DNA from: Cytophagales bacterium
GTDB lineage: Bacteria; Bacteroidota; Bacteroidia; Cytophagales; MED-G16
NCBI GenBank assembly: GCA_045568775.1
Contig: JBJLAJ010000001.1
Location: forward strand, 72,151-136,150
DNA length: 64,000 nucleotides
Direction: 5' to 3'
Part shown: positions 27,025 through 36,849 of the stretch, piece by piece
Numbering within the stretch: position 1 is the stretch's first letter
How the letters are laid out: every line of letters begins with the position of its first letter
The notes under the pieces: generated by a model
Database searches by the model: none
The model's input: the letters and a program-made list of their open reading frames with translations, nothing else
Told to the model about the DNA's origin: nothing
Program-made: the position numbers and the translations under genes

Positions 27025-27899
27025 GAAACAAAAATATACTTGCTTGGTCTTTATTACTTATTCTTGCTTTGATCTGGGGGAGCTCCCCCCTGCTGATAAA
27101 AAAAGCTCTAGTTAGTCTAGATCCTTTTGAAATTGGCGCTTTAAGGTTAACATTAGCATCCTTTGTTTTGATGCCTTTTCTTTTAAAGAATTTAAAAGAA
27201 ATTCAAAAAAAAGATTACCTTATTCTTTTTACTTCAGGCATTGTGGGTAACGTTCTACCATATTTTTTGTATCCAATAGCACAAACAAAAATAGACAGCG
27301 CAACCTCAGGAGTTTTAACTTCATTAACTCCCTTTTTTGCTTTAATTATTGGGGTGATATTCTATAAATTAAAAGCTACAAAAAATAATATTGTTGGGTT
27401 GGTAATTGGGTTTCTTGGCACATTACTTTTGATTTTATTTTCTGGATCCGCAGTAGGATTTAATGTTGATTTATTTGGTTTATTTGTGGTAGCCGCAACC
27501 ATGCTCTATGGTATAAACCTCAACTTAGTAAAGTATCACTTAAGTCATTTAAAGCCAATTACAATCACAAGTTTTTCTATAGTTTCTATTCTACCATTAA
27601 GTATTTATATATTATTTTTTCTAACCCCATTTCAATCACATGTTAATAATTTTAATGATTTTAAAATTGAATTTGGATATGTTTTTGTGCTTGGGGTATT
27701 GGGAACATCAATCGCAACAATTATTTTTTATAACCTGATTAAAATTAAAGACACAGTCTTTGCTTCAATGGTAACTTATTTAATGCCATTAGTTGCAATC
27801 TCTTTAGGTGTTATTGATGGAGAAAAAATTAATGAAATACAACTTTTAGGTATGGCTTTGATTTTAATAGGAGTGTTTATTAATGGAAGAAAAAACTAG
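27021..27899 (+). CDS. EamA / DMT family permease
   Basis: Ten-TM pattern, LIWGSS, two EamA repeats. Confidence 0.88.
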   Translation: MRNKNILAWSLLLILALIWGSSPLLIKKALVSLDPFEIGALRLTLASFVLMPFLLKNLKEIQKKDYLILFTSGIVGNVLPYFLYPIAQTKIDSATSGVLTSLTPFFALIIGVIFYKLKATKNNIVGLVIGFLGTLLLILFSGSAVGFNVDLFGLFVVAATMLYGINLNLVKYHLSHLKPITITSFSIVSILPLSIYILFFLTPFQSHVNNFNDFKIEFGYVFVLGVLGTSIATIIFYNLIKIKDTVFASMVTYLMPLVAISLGVIDGEKINEIQLLGMALILIGVFINGRKN

Positions 27900-28835
27900 G
27901 CAGAATCCCATGCTTTTTTTAATAGATTCTTTGTTAGCATAATTCCATCTGATTCAGAATGACTGGTTCCTTCATACTCTATAGAGATACAGTCTCTATA
28001 GCCAAATTTTTTAATGATCTTTATCATTTTATAAAAATCTATTTCAATTGAATTTCCGTCCTTATCAAAGTTTAATGATTTTGCGCTTACACTCCTGGCA
28101 TAAGGTAACATCTCTTCAACTCCTTTGTATTTATCATACTCAACAGCACAGTCCATCTAAACCTCCCCAATCTGAAAGCTGATTAGGTTTTGATTTGATA
28201 CAAAAATTTCCAAAATCAGGAAGTGTGCCTACATTTTCTTTTCCTGAATTTTTAATCACATCAATTAGCCACTGAGCGTTTGAGGAATAGCCACCATGGT
28301 TTTCTACAATAATATCAATATTATAAGGTTTAGCGAACTCGGCAAGTACAGATAATGATTCTGATGAAAATTGAGCAACTTCAATTTCAGATCCGTCTCC
28401 CTGAGCATTAACTCTAATGTTGTCACAATCAAGATAATTAGCTGCCTCAACCCATTTTTTGTGATTATCAATGGCCTTAATTCTTCTCTTTTTGTTAGAA
28501 TCACCCAAACTACCTTCATCATCTATCATAATCAATAGGTTTTTAACACCCATATCATGAGACCTGCTTTTCATTTCTGATAAATAACTTAAATCTTGTG
28601 CCTTATTAAAAAAAAACTGATTGACATACTCTACAACTTTAATGTCAAAATTCTCCTTGGCTGTTTTAGCAAAATCCAAGTTATCCATTTTGCCAGATCT
28701 AATAGCGCGATGAAAAGACCACTGAGCTAATCCGATTTTAAAATCCGATTTGTTTTCATCAAAACCATGCAGATAGCCCGAGGAAATTAAAGGCAATGAA
28801 AAAAGGGATTTTTGAATAAAACTTCTTCTGAACAT
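27896..28835 (-). pseudogene. Tat-exported sugar phosphate isomerase/epimerase (xylose isomerase-like TIM barrel), split by a +1 frameshift near 28151
   Basis: ORF 28140-28835 (FRRSF twin-arginine, EYVNQFF, ENHGG, PDFGNFC) continues in the +1 frame as CAVEYDKYKG...VSAK...IEYEG (27896-28156). Confidence 0.7.
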
Positions 28836-28854
28836 TTTATTAATTTATAAAAAA

Positions 28855-29736
28855 TTATTGATAGACACTACTAAAGAGAATTCCATTATAATTTTTTTCT
28901 CCTGCATCAACTGGAAAAGTTAATATGTTTTCTTTTGATGGCACAGGACAAGTTGTGAATGTTGAAAAAACACACGGGGGATTATAAGCTTTGTTAAAAT
29001 CTATAATTAGATCCCCATCTTTTTCAGGGGGCGCTAGATATAAAAACCTACCTCCACCATAAGTTTCTTTTCCGTTTGTCTTGTCTCCAAAAACAATAAA
29101 AAACTTACCAGAAGGTGATATTGTTGGTTGAAATGTGTGAGCCTGATTATTAATATTAAAATGAATTATCCCGGTAATAGTATCATTAAAAAACCCACCT
29201 TGAATATTATTTAATTTTTTTATTAATGGTTTGCTATATTCTTCAAATTTTGCGTTTACAATCATTAGAGGATTATAAGAAAAAAATTCAATTTTTAAAT
29301 CATTATCTAATAATGGGTGCTTAATATTTCTAAGCCTAATACCTTTAACCCCAGAATCCATGTGCACATACCAAATAAATGAACCGTAGCTGAAATTGTT
29401 TCTGTTTTCATAATAATTATATTTAAAATATTTAGACTCAATGGAATCGTTCATATATACAGATTCATTAAAATTAAAAATAATACTGGAATCTTCTACT
29501 TCAACATTTCCAAAGTCTACAGGAAAATCTACAGGAAACCTTATGTCATTATGGTCACCATAGCCAACTGTGTAGTTGCCATCTTCAATTGGATATAAAC
29601 CCGCAAGATTTAAATATCCATCATCAGCATATAGTGCAGATTTTCTTTTTGTTTTCCACTCTTCATATTCAGCAGGAGAATTAACATTATTATTGCAACC
29701 CAAGAGAACCAACAGAATTAAAATTTGTAATTTCAT
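28855..29736 (-). CDS. DUF1684-family lipoprotein
   Basis: Lipobox LLGC; FGDKTNGKETYGGGRFL, IDFNKAYNPPC..TTCP. Confidence 0.85.
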   Translation of the reverse strand: MKLQILILLVLLGCNNNVNSPAEYEEWKTKRKSALYADDGYLNLAGLYPIEDGNYTVGYGDHNDIRFPVDFPVDFGNVEVEDSSIIFNFNESVYMNDSIESKYFKYNYYENRNNFSYGSFIWYVHMDSGVKGIRLRNIKHPLLDNDLKIEFFSYNPLMIVNAKFEEYSKPLIKKLNNIQGGFFNDTITGIIHFNINNQAHTFQPTISPSGKFFIVFGDKTNGKETYGGGRFLYLAPPEKDGDLIIDFNKAYNPPCVFSTFTTCPVPSKENILTFPVDAGEKNYNGILFSSVYQ

Positions 29737-29761
29737 TATATTTATAAAGTTAACATTAAAA

Positions 29762-30511
29762 ATGATTTCAAAACTTTCATTATTTCTTCTTTTAACTTTA
29801 ATAGACTTTTCTCAAAAAAAAGAGTTTATTAAATCTACTAATAGTGAAAAAACAAATAATTTCTCTGTTTTAATATTAACAGAAACCCAAGGTTTTGTAC
29901 ACCACAACGCCATAAGAGAAGGGACAAAGCTTATAACAAGGCTTGGCCTTGAAAATAATTTTAATGTTACCCTCACAAACAGTTCAAAGTTTATCTCTAA
30001 AAAAGAGTTGAAACAAACAGATGCTATTGTGTTCTTGTGCACAACATTAGACGTGCTAAATAATGAAGAGCAAAAAGTTTTTAAAGAGTTTATAAATAAA
30101 GGAGGAGGGTACGTAGGAATTCACTCTGCTGCAGACACTGAATATGAATGGGAATGGTATGGAAAACTTGTTGGTGGATACTTTAAAAATCACCCTAAGA
30201 TTCAAAAAGCAAGAATTATTACAAAAAACAATAAACACATTGCAACAACTCACCTGGATGAGAGTTGGGAAATTACTGATGAATGGTACAATTATAAAGA
30301 TATAAACCCCAACATAAATGTTTTACTTAACCTGGATGAATCAAGTTACAAAGGAGGAGAAAATGGAACCAATCATCCAATCACTTGGTTTCATGAGTTT
30401 GATGGTGGAAGATCATTTTATACAGGCTTAGGACATAGAGCTGAGGTTTATAAAGATGATAGGTTTGTTAAAATATTATTGGGCGGAATTCTTTATGTCA
30501 CTCAAAATTAA
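29762..30511 (+). CDS. ThuA-like (class I glutamine amidotransferase fold) protein
   Basis: GFVHHNAI, GGGYVGIHSAADT, DEWYNY, HPITW, RSFYTGLGH. Confidence 0.85.
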   Translation: MISKLSLFLLLTLIDFSQKKEFIKSTNSEKTNNFSVLILTETQGFVHHNAIREGTKLITRLGLENNFNVTLTNSSKFISKKELKQTDAIVFLCTTLDVLNNEEQKVFKEFINKGGGYVGIHSAADTEYEWEWYGKLVGGYFKNHPKIQKARIITKNNKHIATTHLDESWEITDEWYNYKDINPNINVLLNLDESSYKGGENGTNHPITWFHEFDGGRSFYTGLGHRAEVYKDDRFVKILLGGILYVTQN

Positions 30512-31005
30512 GTTTGAAATTTGTTATCGATTTTTTTACTACTATCATAAACTCTAAAAGCTAAAACTTCTGCGCTTACAGTGACTTTTCTAAGTTTTAT
30601 TGGAGTCAACTCACATTTTATTAAAACCTTTTTTTTAGAATATGATATAACTGAAGCCTTAAGCCTAACTGGTAGGTTCGGGGTAGGGGCAATATATTTA
30701 ATACTTAGCGTTCCTGTTGCATATTTATACTCTGGTAATGAACCGAGTGATCTGTTTTCATGTTTTAGTGCATAAGCCATTGCGGTCCCCATTGAATGGC
30801 AATCAATAATTGTAGCTATAATACCACCATTCATTATTTTAGGCCAACCTTGATGAGAAACTTTTGGTTGCCAGTCGCAAAGCGAAACGTCGTCACCCCA
30901 AAAACTTTTTACATGGAGTCCGTTTTTGGTGTCGTTACCACATCCAAAACAAATATTTCCTGGCATAAAATCTTGAAAAATTTGAGGTGAATTTTTTGAT
31001 AACAT
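30508..31005 (-). CDS. PaaI-like hotdog thioesterase
   Basis: CFGCG..TKNGLHVKS, HQGWPKIMNGGIIATIIDCH, TGTLSIKY. Confidence 0.8.
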   Translation of the reverse strand: MLSKNSPQIFQDFMPGNICFGCGNDTKNGLHVKSFWGDDVSLCDWQPKVSHQGWPKIMNGGIIATIIDCHSMGTAMAYALKHENRSLGSLPEYKYATGTLSIKYIAPTPNLPVRLKASVISYSKKKVLIKCELTPIKLRKVTVSAEVLAFRVYDSSKKIDNKFQT

Positions 31006-31030
31006 AAATACTTATTTAATATTAGTAAAT

Positions 31031-31921
31031 ATGATTAAAATTATTGACATAAATTTCCAAGGTTATAAGTCAGCTGTTGCTTGCTTTTTAATAAAATCAG
31101 AAACAAATCTTATCCTAGTAGAGACGGGGCCATCTAATTCTTACTCTCAAATTGAAAAAAAAATATTAGAATTAGGTGAAGACGTTAATAAAATAAAACA
31201 TGTTTTTGTAACACATATTCACCTAGACCACTCAGGTGGTGCCTGGAGATTTGCAAAGAATGGAGCAACTATATATGTTCATCCAAAAGGAGCTCCACAT
31301 TTAGAAAATCCAGAAAAACTCATTAATTCAGCCACTATGATTTACGGAGACAAAATGGATATGTTATGGGGTAAGGTTGATAAGATAGACTCTAAACAAA
31401 TCTATAGTGTTAGAGACAATGAACTTATAAAAGTTGATAACTATAAATTCAAAGCATTATATACACCAGGGCACGCAAGTCATCATATTGCTTGGAAGCT
31501 TAACAATGTAATTTTCACAGGAGATGTTGCTGGTGCTAAAATAAAAAGTGGGCCCGTGATGCCGGCGTGCCCACCACCTGATATAAATTTAGAGTTATGG
31601 GAGAAAAGCATAAAAATTATTGAAAAAGAAAAACCAACAAAGTTATATTTAACTCATTTCGGTGAACACCATAATATTAAAGATCATTTTGAAAAACTGA
31701 GAAAAACCTTAAAATTATGGTTTGATTGGATTAAGAAAAATGAATTAAAATATAAAAACAATGAAATATTAACATATAAATTTAATGACTATGTTTTGGG
31801 TGAAATTAAAAAAGAAAACATAAGTGAAGAATTAATAAATCAATACTTTGCCGCAAACCCTCCATATATGAGTGTTGCTGGGATAAAAAGATATTGGAAA
31901 AAAAAACATGAAAATAAATAA
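31031..31921 (+). CDS. Metallo-beta-lactamase-fold hydrolase
   Basis: THIHLDHSGG, TPGHASHH, FTGDVAG, LTHFG. Confidence 0.88.
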   Translation: MIKIIDINFQGYKSAVACFLIKSETNLILVETGPSNSYSQIEKKILELGEDVNKIKHVFVTHIHLDHSGGAWRFAKNGATIYVHPKGAPHLENPEKLINSATMIYGDKMDMLWGKVDKIDSKQIYSVRDNELIKVDNYKFKALYTPGHASHHIAWKLNNVIFTGDVAGAKIKSGPVMPACPPPDINLELWEKSIKIIEKEKPTKLYLTHFGEHHNIKDHFEKLRKTLKLWFDWIKKNELKYKNNEILTYKFNDYVLGEIKKENISEELINQYFAANPPYMSVAGIKRYWKKKHENK

Positions 31922-32234
31922 ACTAAATAAGATTTTAGAAAACGAAATTATTCCTGGCTTCCTAGGGAAGTTTGTACACGGAAACAAAATGAGTTTAGCG
32001 TTTTGGAACGTTAAAAAGAATTCAACAGTTCCTCTTCACAATCACCCCCATGAACAATGCCTTTATGTAAAAAGAGGTGTGTTTGAGCTAACCATTGAAT
32101 CAAAAAAAAAAGTGCTAAAAGAAAATGAGGTTATAATTATACCATCTAATGTTAAACATTCTGGAAAGGCACTTACTGAATGTGAGTTAATAGATGTTTT
32201 TACTCCAGCAAGAGAAGAGTACCAAAACAAATAA
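31908..32234 (+). CDS. Cupin_2 domain protein (KdgF-like)
   Basis: PLHNHPHEQ, IIPSNVKHS, IDVFTPAREEY. Confidence 0.85.
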   Translation: MKINKLNKILENEIIPGFLGKFVHGNKMSLAFWNVKKNSTVPLHNHPHEQCLYVKRGVFELTIESKKKVLKENEVIIIPSNVKHSGKALTECELIDVFTPAREEYQNK

Positions 32235-32235
32235 T

Positions 32236-33678
32236 ATGGATTTTTCAAATGAAAAGTTTCGTGAGCTATTAGACCAGTCATATAAAATGATTGAAGACTG
32301 GTACTCAAATCATTTAAGAGACAAAAAAATTTATAACAACAGCTCGCCAGAAGAAATAAGAAAAGCTTTTAAAATTAAAAGTAAAAACGAAAAAACTAAT
32401 CCATCAGACGTAATACAACATCTTAATGAAAACCTCATAAAGCATTCTAATTTTAATCCTAGCCCAAATTATTATGGGTACATTACTGGAGGAGGAAATC
32501 AAGTAGGAATACTTGGAGAGTTCATAAAGAGTGCATTAAATCAAAACAACTTAAAGTGGCATAGCGCCCCAGCAAATAGCGAAATAGAAACTATCACAAC
32601 AGACTGGATCTCTAAATTTATAGGTTATAATCATAAAGAAAGTGGAGGAGTGCTGGTAAGTGGGGGTTCTGTTGCAAACCTAATGAACATCGCGGTTATG
32701 CGAAAAATGAAAGGCAACACAAACCTCTCAAAGAATGGTGTTTATGGAAATAAGATCATGAGAGTATATGTGTCACAAGAAGCACACTCAAGTATTGACA
32801 AGGCTATGGATACTCTAGGACTGGGCACCAATAATCTCATTAAAATAAAGACTAAAAATTTTAAAATTGACACTAAGTCATTAAGAATAAAAATAAATGA
32901 AGATATTAAAAAAGGATATGAACCTATAGGTGTCATTGGTATAGCCGGAACAACAAATACCGGATCAGTAGATCCATTAAAATTATTAGCACAAATCAGC
33001 AAAGAGTTTAACCTGTGGTTTATGGTTGATGCTGCTTACGGGGGGCCCGCTGCAAGTATTAAGAAATTAAAAAATGTTTTTGAAGGAATAGAAGAGGCAG
33101 ATTCAATATTAGTTAATCCCCATAAGTGGATGTTTGTGCCATTCGAAGTCGCTTGTGTGATAGTAAAAAACAAAGAGAACCTAAGAAAAACATTTAGCCT
33201 AATTCCAGAGTACCTACTTGGTGGAACAGAAAATAAAGACAGAGACGACTTGATGAATTATAGTATCCAATTATCAAAAGATTTTAAAGCATTAAAGGTT
33301 TGGATGACAATAAAAACATATGGGTATAAAGAAATAAAAAACGGAATAAAAAACGATATATCAATGGCTAAATACGCCTATGAAATAGTACAAAATGACT
33401 CTTGTTTTTTGCCAATTCATTTTCCTGAACTTTCAATTTTTTGCTTTAAATACAAAAGTAAAATTAAAGGTGTTTCTGATTCCCTTATCAACAAAAAGAT
33501 TATAGATATGATTGAAGAAGACGGTAGGGTTTTCTTTTCTGGAACAAAAATAAATAATGAAAATGTTTTAAGAATTAACTGTGTAAATCATAGGAGAAAT
33601 AAAAAAGATGTAGAATTCTTATTTAAAGTAATTAAAGAAATTGGAATTAAAGCTGAAGGTGTTTTGTTAAAAAGTTAG
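32236..33678 (+). CDS. Group II PLP-dependent amino acid decarboxylase
   Basis: SPNYYGYI, GGSVAN, HSSIDKA, AGTTNTGSVDP, VDAAYGG, NPHKW (PLP lysine). Confidence 0.88.
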   Translation: MDFSNEKFRELLDQSYKMIEDWYSNHLRDKKIYNNSSPEEIRKAFKIKSKNEKTNPSDVIQHLNENLIKHSNFNPSPNYYGYITGGGNQVGILGEFIKSALNQNNLKWHSAPANSEIETITTDWISKFIGYNHKESGGVLVSGGSVANLMNIAVMRKMKGNTNLSKNGVYGNKIMRVYVSQEAHSSIDKAMDTLGLGTNNLIKIKTKNFKIDTKSLRIKINEDIKKGYEPIGVIGIAGTTNTGSVDPLKLLAQISKEFNLWFMVDAAYGGPAASIKKLKNVFEGIEEADSILVNPHKWMFVPFEVACVIVKNKENLRKTFSLIPEYLLGGTENKDRDDLMNYSIQLSKDFKALKVWMTIKTYGYKEIKNGIKNDISMAKYAYEIVQNDSCFLPIHFPELSIFCFKYKSKIKGVSDSLINKKIIDMIEEDGRVFFSGTKINNENVLRINCVNHRRNKKDVEFLFKVIKEIGIKAEGVLLKS

Positions 33679-34901
33679 ATATTAAGTTTCTCAAGATATT
33701 TTTTCTTTACATACTGAAATGCGTTTTCATGATCTTTTAATATAGGATCACCTTCAGGCAAATCATTTTGTTTATAAGGATCTACTTGTCTTCCGTTTCT
33801 CCAAAACCTAAAACAAACATGCGGGCCAGTTGCTAAGCCAGTAGAGCCAACATACCCTATAATATCCCCTTGTTTTACTGATTTACCTTTTTTAATTCCC
33901 TTTGCAAACCTTGACATATGAAGGTATTGAGTTGTATATATGTTATTGTGTTTAATCTTAACATAATTTCCATTATTTCTTCCGTACCGTGCCTCAACAA
34001 TTTTACCATCAGCCACACTCATAATTGGAGTGCCGCGAGGGGCAGCATAATCAGTTCCCAAATGATCTCTGTATCTTTTTAAGACAGGATGATATCTTCT
34101 CTTTTGAAATTTTGATGATATTCTATAAAAATTAAGAGGTGACCTTAAAAATGTTTTTCTTAAGCTTTTGCCTTGATCATCAAAAAAATCATTTCCAAAT
34201 CCTTGATCATAACCGACAGCAAAGTATGTGTCATTATTATGAATAAGTTTTGCAGCCTTTATTTGTTGAACACCAACCACTTTTTCATCTATAATTTCTT
34301 CAACATAAATTATGGTATATTTATCTCCCGGCATTATTCTAAAAAAATCAACCTGCCAAGCATAAACATCAACCATTAAATTAACTAAATCAAGAGGGTA
34401 ATCATTATCAGCAAAACTTAAGTATAAACTTGAATTAATTTCTCCAGATATTGTTTTTTCCTTATATACAATAGGCTTACTTATTTTTTCAAAAGAAATA
34501 AGCGAATCTAGTTTAGATAAAATGTAATCGTATTTACTAGACTCGTAAATAAAATATGTTGGGATGTCTCTTCCGTTTTTAAAAAATAAAGAATACTCTT
34601 TACCTTTCTTAAGATTTCTTAAATTAAATATTCCTTTTGATTTTTGAGAAGCTTCATAAATTACTTTATTTGAAACTCCATATTTTGATAAAATATCAGA
34701 AAAACTTTGTCCCCATTTTATTTTTTTAGATATGTGTGAAAAAGAATCTAAGTTTATTCCATAATGAAATACCGGCATAGAATCTTCTGTTTCTTGAACC
34801 GATTCTATTTCATTAATTTTTTTATCTAAGAACTTGGGGGTTTTCGTATCACAAGATATCAGGTAAAAAAAAAGGGTAGTTAAAAGAAATCTATTAATCA
34901 T
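33675..34901 (-). CDS. M23 family peptidoglycan endopeptidase (MepM-like)
   Basis: HLGTDYAAP (HxxxD), YLHMS, GYVGSTGLATGPHVCF; OapA-like N-terminus. Confidence 0.85.
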   Translation of the reverse strand: MINRFLLTTLFFYLISCDTKTPKFLDKKINEIESVQETEDSMPVFHYGINLDSFSHISKKIKWGQSFSDILSKYGVSNKVIYEASQKSKGIFNLRNLKKGKEYSLFFKNGRDIPTYFIYESSKYDYILSKLDSLISFEKISKPIVYKEKTISGEINSSLYLSFADNDYPLDLVNLMVDVYAWQVDFFRIMPGDKYTIIYVEEIIDEKVVGVQQIKAAKLIHNNDTYFAVGYDQGFGNDFFDDQGKSLRKTFLRSPLNFYRISSKFQKRRYHPVLKRYRDHLGTDYAAPRGTPIMSVADGKIVEARYGRNNGNYVKIKHNNIYTTQYLHMSRFAKGIKKGKSVKQGDIIGYVGSTGLATGPHVCFRFWRNGRQVDPYKQNDLPEGDPILKDHENAFQYVKKKYLEKLNI

Positions 34902-36849
34902 AAAAGATTTTAATTCCATTTTCTAAGTGAGATAAATAGTTTTCAACATCTAATTCATACCCCCATGGCTTGTAAATTATCTTTTCAGAAAAAGGGTCTA
35001 ATATTACATAAAATGGCTGAGCATTATTGTTGAATCTTGTTATTTGAAAATCAGCATTTTGCTTCCCTATTGTTTTTTTTACTTTGGAATCATATTTAGA
35101 CGTATACCATTCAGAAGCTGTTAGTTCTGTTTTGTCATCAACATACAAAGACAACAACACGTATTTGTTGTTAAGATAATCTCTGACTCTAGCATCAGGC
35201 CAGACCCTAGACTCAATATCCCTACAGTTTACACAGCCATGACCAGTAAAATCTAAAAGTACTGGCTTGTTGGATTTTTTTGCAAAATCTAAAGCTTGAT
35301 TATAATCAAAAAAGCCCTGAAGATTATGTGGTAGTTTTAAAATGTCAGAATACTTAACATTTGATAATGAACTTGAGCTCTCATCATCAAAAAATGGCTT
35401 ACGAGAAAATGTGCTTATATCAATATATGTAGATTGAGTTGGTGGCAAATAGGCAGCAAAATAAGATAGTCGGTTTCCAAATAAACCAGTAGCAAAATAT
35501 AATGATAAAGAGAGACAAAACATTCCTATAAACCTAACTCTAGAATTTTTTACTTTAATAAACCCATCAGGAAGTTTAACAAAGCCTAATAAGTAAAGTG
35601 ATAAAATCATAAAAAGAGAAGACCAAATTATTAAAAAAACATCTCTATTTAAAAGATTAAAATGATAAGCCTTATCTACTACACTTAAAAATTTTAACGA
35701 AAAAGCTATTGCAAAAAAGCCCAAAATAATCCGCAAATTAACCATCCAGCTGCCTGATTTGGGTAAACTTTGGAGTTTCTGTGGAAAAATTGCCAATAAA
35801 GTAAATGGTAAAGAAAATGCTAAAGAAAATGAAAGCATTCCAAGAACAGGTTTAATTTGTAGGCCACTAGCAGATTGAACTAATATACTGCCCACCAAAG
35901 GACCAGTACAAGAGAACGAAACCAACACCAATGTAAAGGCCATAAAGAATATTCCGAGAAGTCCTCCTTGCTGAGATTTTTTATCAACAGAGGTTATAAA
36001 ACTTGAAGGAATAGTTAATTCATAAAATCCAATTAAAGAAAGCCCAAAAGCTATAAATAAAATAAAAAATATTATGTTGGGGAGCCAAGAGGTTGCTATT
36101 TCGTTTGCTGATTGAGGTCCAATTAAGACTGATAAAAAAACACCTAAAAAAGTAAAAATAAAAACAATTGAAACACCAAAAAAAACAGCATCAAAATAGG
36201 ATTTTTTATCACTTTTCTTATTAGTAAAATAAGAAACTGTTAAGGGTATCATAGGAAAAACACAGGGTGTTAGTATAGCCAAAAAACCTGCAAAAAAAGA
36301 GAATAAAATAAAAGACAATAATGACTTTTCCTCTTCAAAGCCTAACGAGGCTTCCTTATAAACTATTGTATCCTTTGGGGGATCATTAAAAAAAACAAAG
36401 TCTTTTTCTAAGGGTATGCACATTTTTTCGATTTCTGAACAAACTTGATAAGATATATATCCACTAATAGAAACATTGTCACTCTCTGATTTCACTTCTT
36501 GAGAAAAATAACCCGTATTATCTAAGTATTTTACTTCAGCATCCCAAACTTCATCAAATTTTGTTTTAACATTTACCGGAACAACATTACCGTTAAGGGT
36601 ATACGTTTTATTGGAGTTAAATTCAAACTCAGTTCGGGGCCCACTATTTGGGTCGTTATCACTAGAATATATGTACCAACCTATCTCAGTTGTTGGTTTA
36701 AAAATTAATTTTAATGTTCTATTTGATTCGTAATTAGAGCTATCAATATTAATATCCCATTTTATTGGCTCCAATATTTGAGAGTGTGATATAAAAACGA
36801 AAATGAGAGAAAAAAATATTATTAAACTAAAGAGTTTATTTTTCATCAT
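34894..36849 (-). CDS. dsbD: DsbD-like thiol:disulfide interchange protein
   Basis: N-terminal DsbD domain, LTPCVFPMIP, FSCTGP, C-terminal thioredoxin-like DFTGHGCVNC. Confidence 0.85.
   Translation of the reverse strand: MMKNKLFSLIIFFSLIFVFISHSQILEPIKWDINIDSSNYESNRTLKLIFKPTTEIGWYIYSSDNDPNSGPRTEFEFNSNKTYTLNGNVVPVNVKTKFDEVWDAEVKYLDNTGYFSQEVKSESDNVSISGYISYQVCSEIEKMCIPLEKDFVFFNDPPKDTIVYKEASLGFEEEKSLLSFILFSFFAGFLAILTPCVFPMIPLTVSYFTNKKSDKKSYFDAVFFGVSIVFIFTFLGVFLSVLIGPQSANEIATSWLPNIIFFILFIAFGLSLIGFYELTIPSSFITSVDKKSQQGGLLGIFFMAFTLVLVSFSCTGPLVGSILVQSASGLQIKPVLGMLSFSLAFSLPFTLLAIFPQKLQSLPKSGSWMVNLRIILGFFAIAFSLKFLSVVDKAYHFNLLNRDVFLIIWSSLFMILSLYLLGFVKLPDGFIKVKNSRVRFIGMFCLSLSLYFATGLFGNRLSYFAAYLPPTQSTYIDISTFSRKPFFDDESSSSLSNVKYSDILKLPHNLQGFFDYNQALDFAKKSNKPVLLDFTGHGCVNCRDIESRVWPDARVRDYLNNKYVLLSLYVDDKTELTASEWYTSKYDSKVKKTIGKQNADFQITRFNNNAQPFYVILDPFSEKIIYKPWGYELDVENYLSHLENGIKIFYD

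Noticed and set aside
28138-28170. prfB-like programmed +1 frameshift at UGU-UGA with an upstream GGAGG
   Set aside because: The SD-like element is about 16 nt upstream rather than about 3, tRNA-Cys re-pairing on GUU is poor, and the junction fits a shift near 28151 better.
31908-33678. Cysteine dioxygenase plus CSAD taurine pathway
   Set aside because: The cupin is 108 aa and KdgF-like, shorter than cysteine dioxygenases and without their recognisable features; kept only as a weak alternative.
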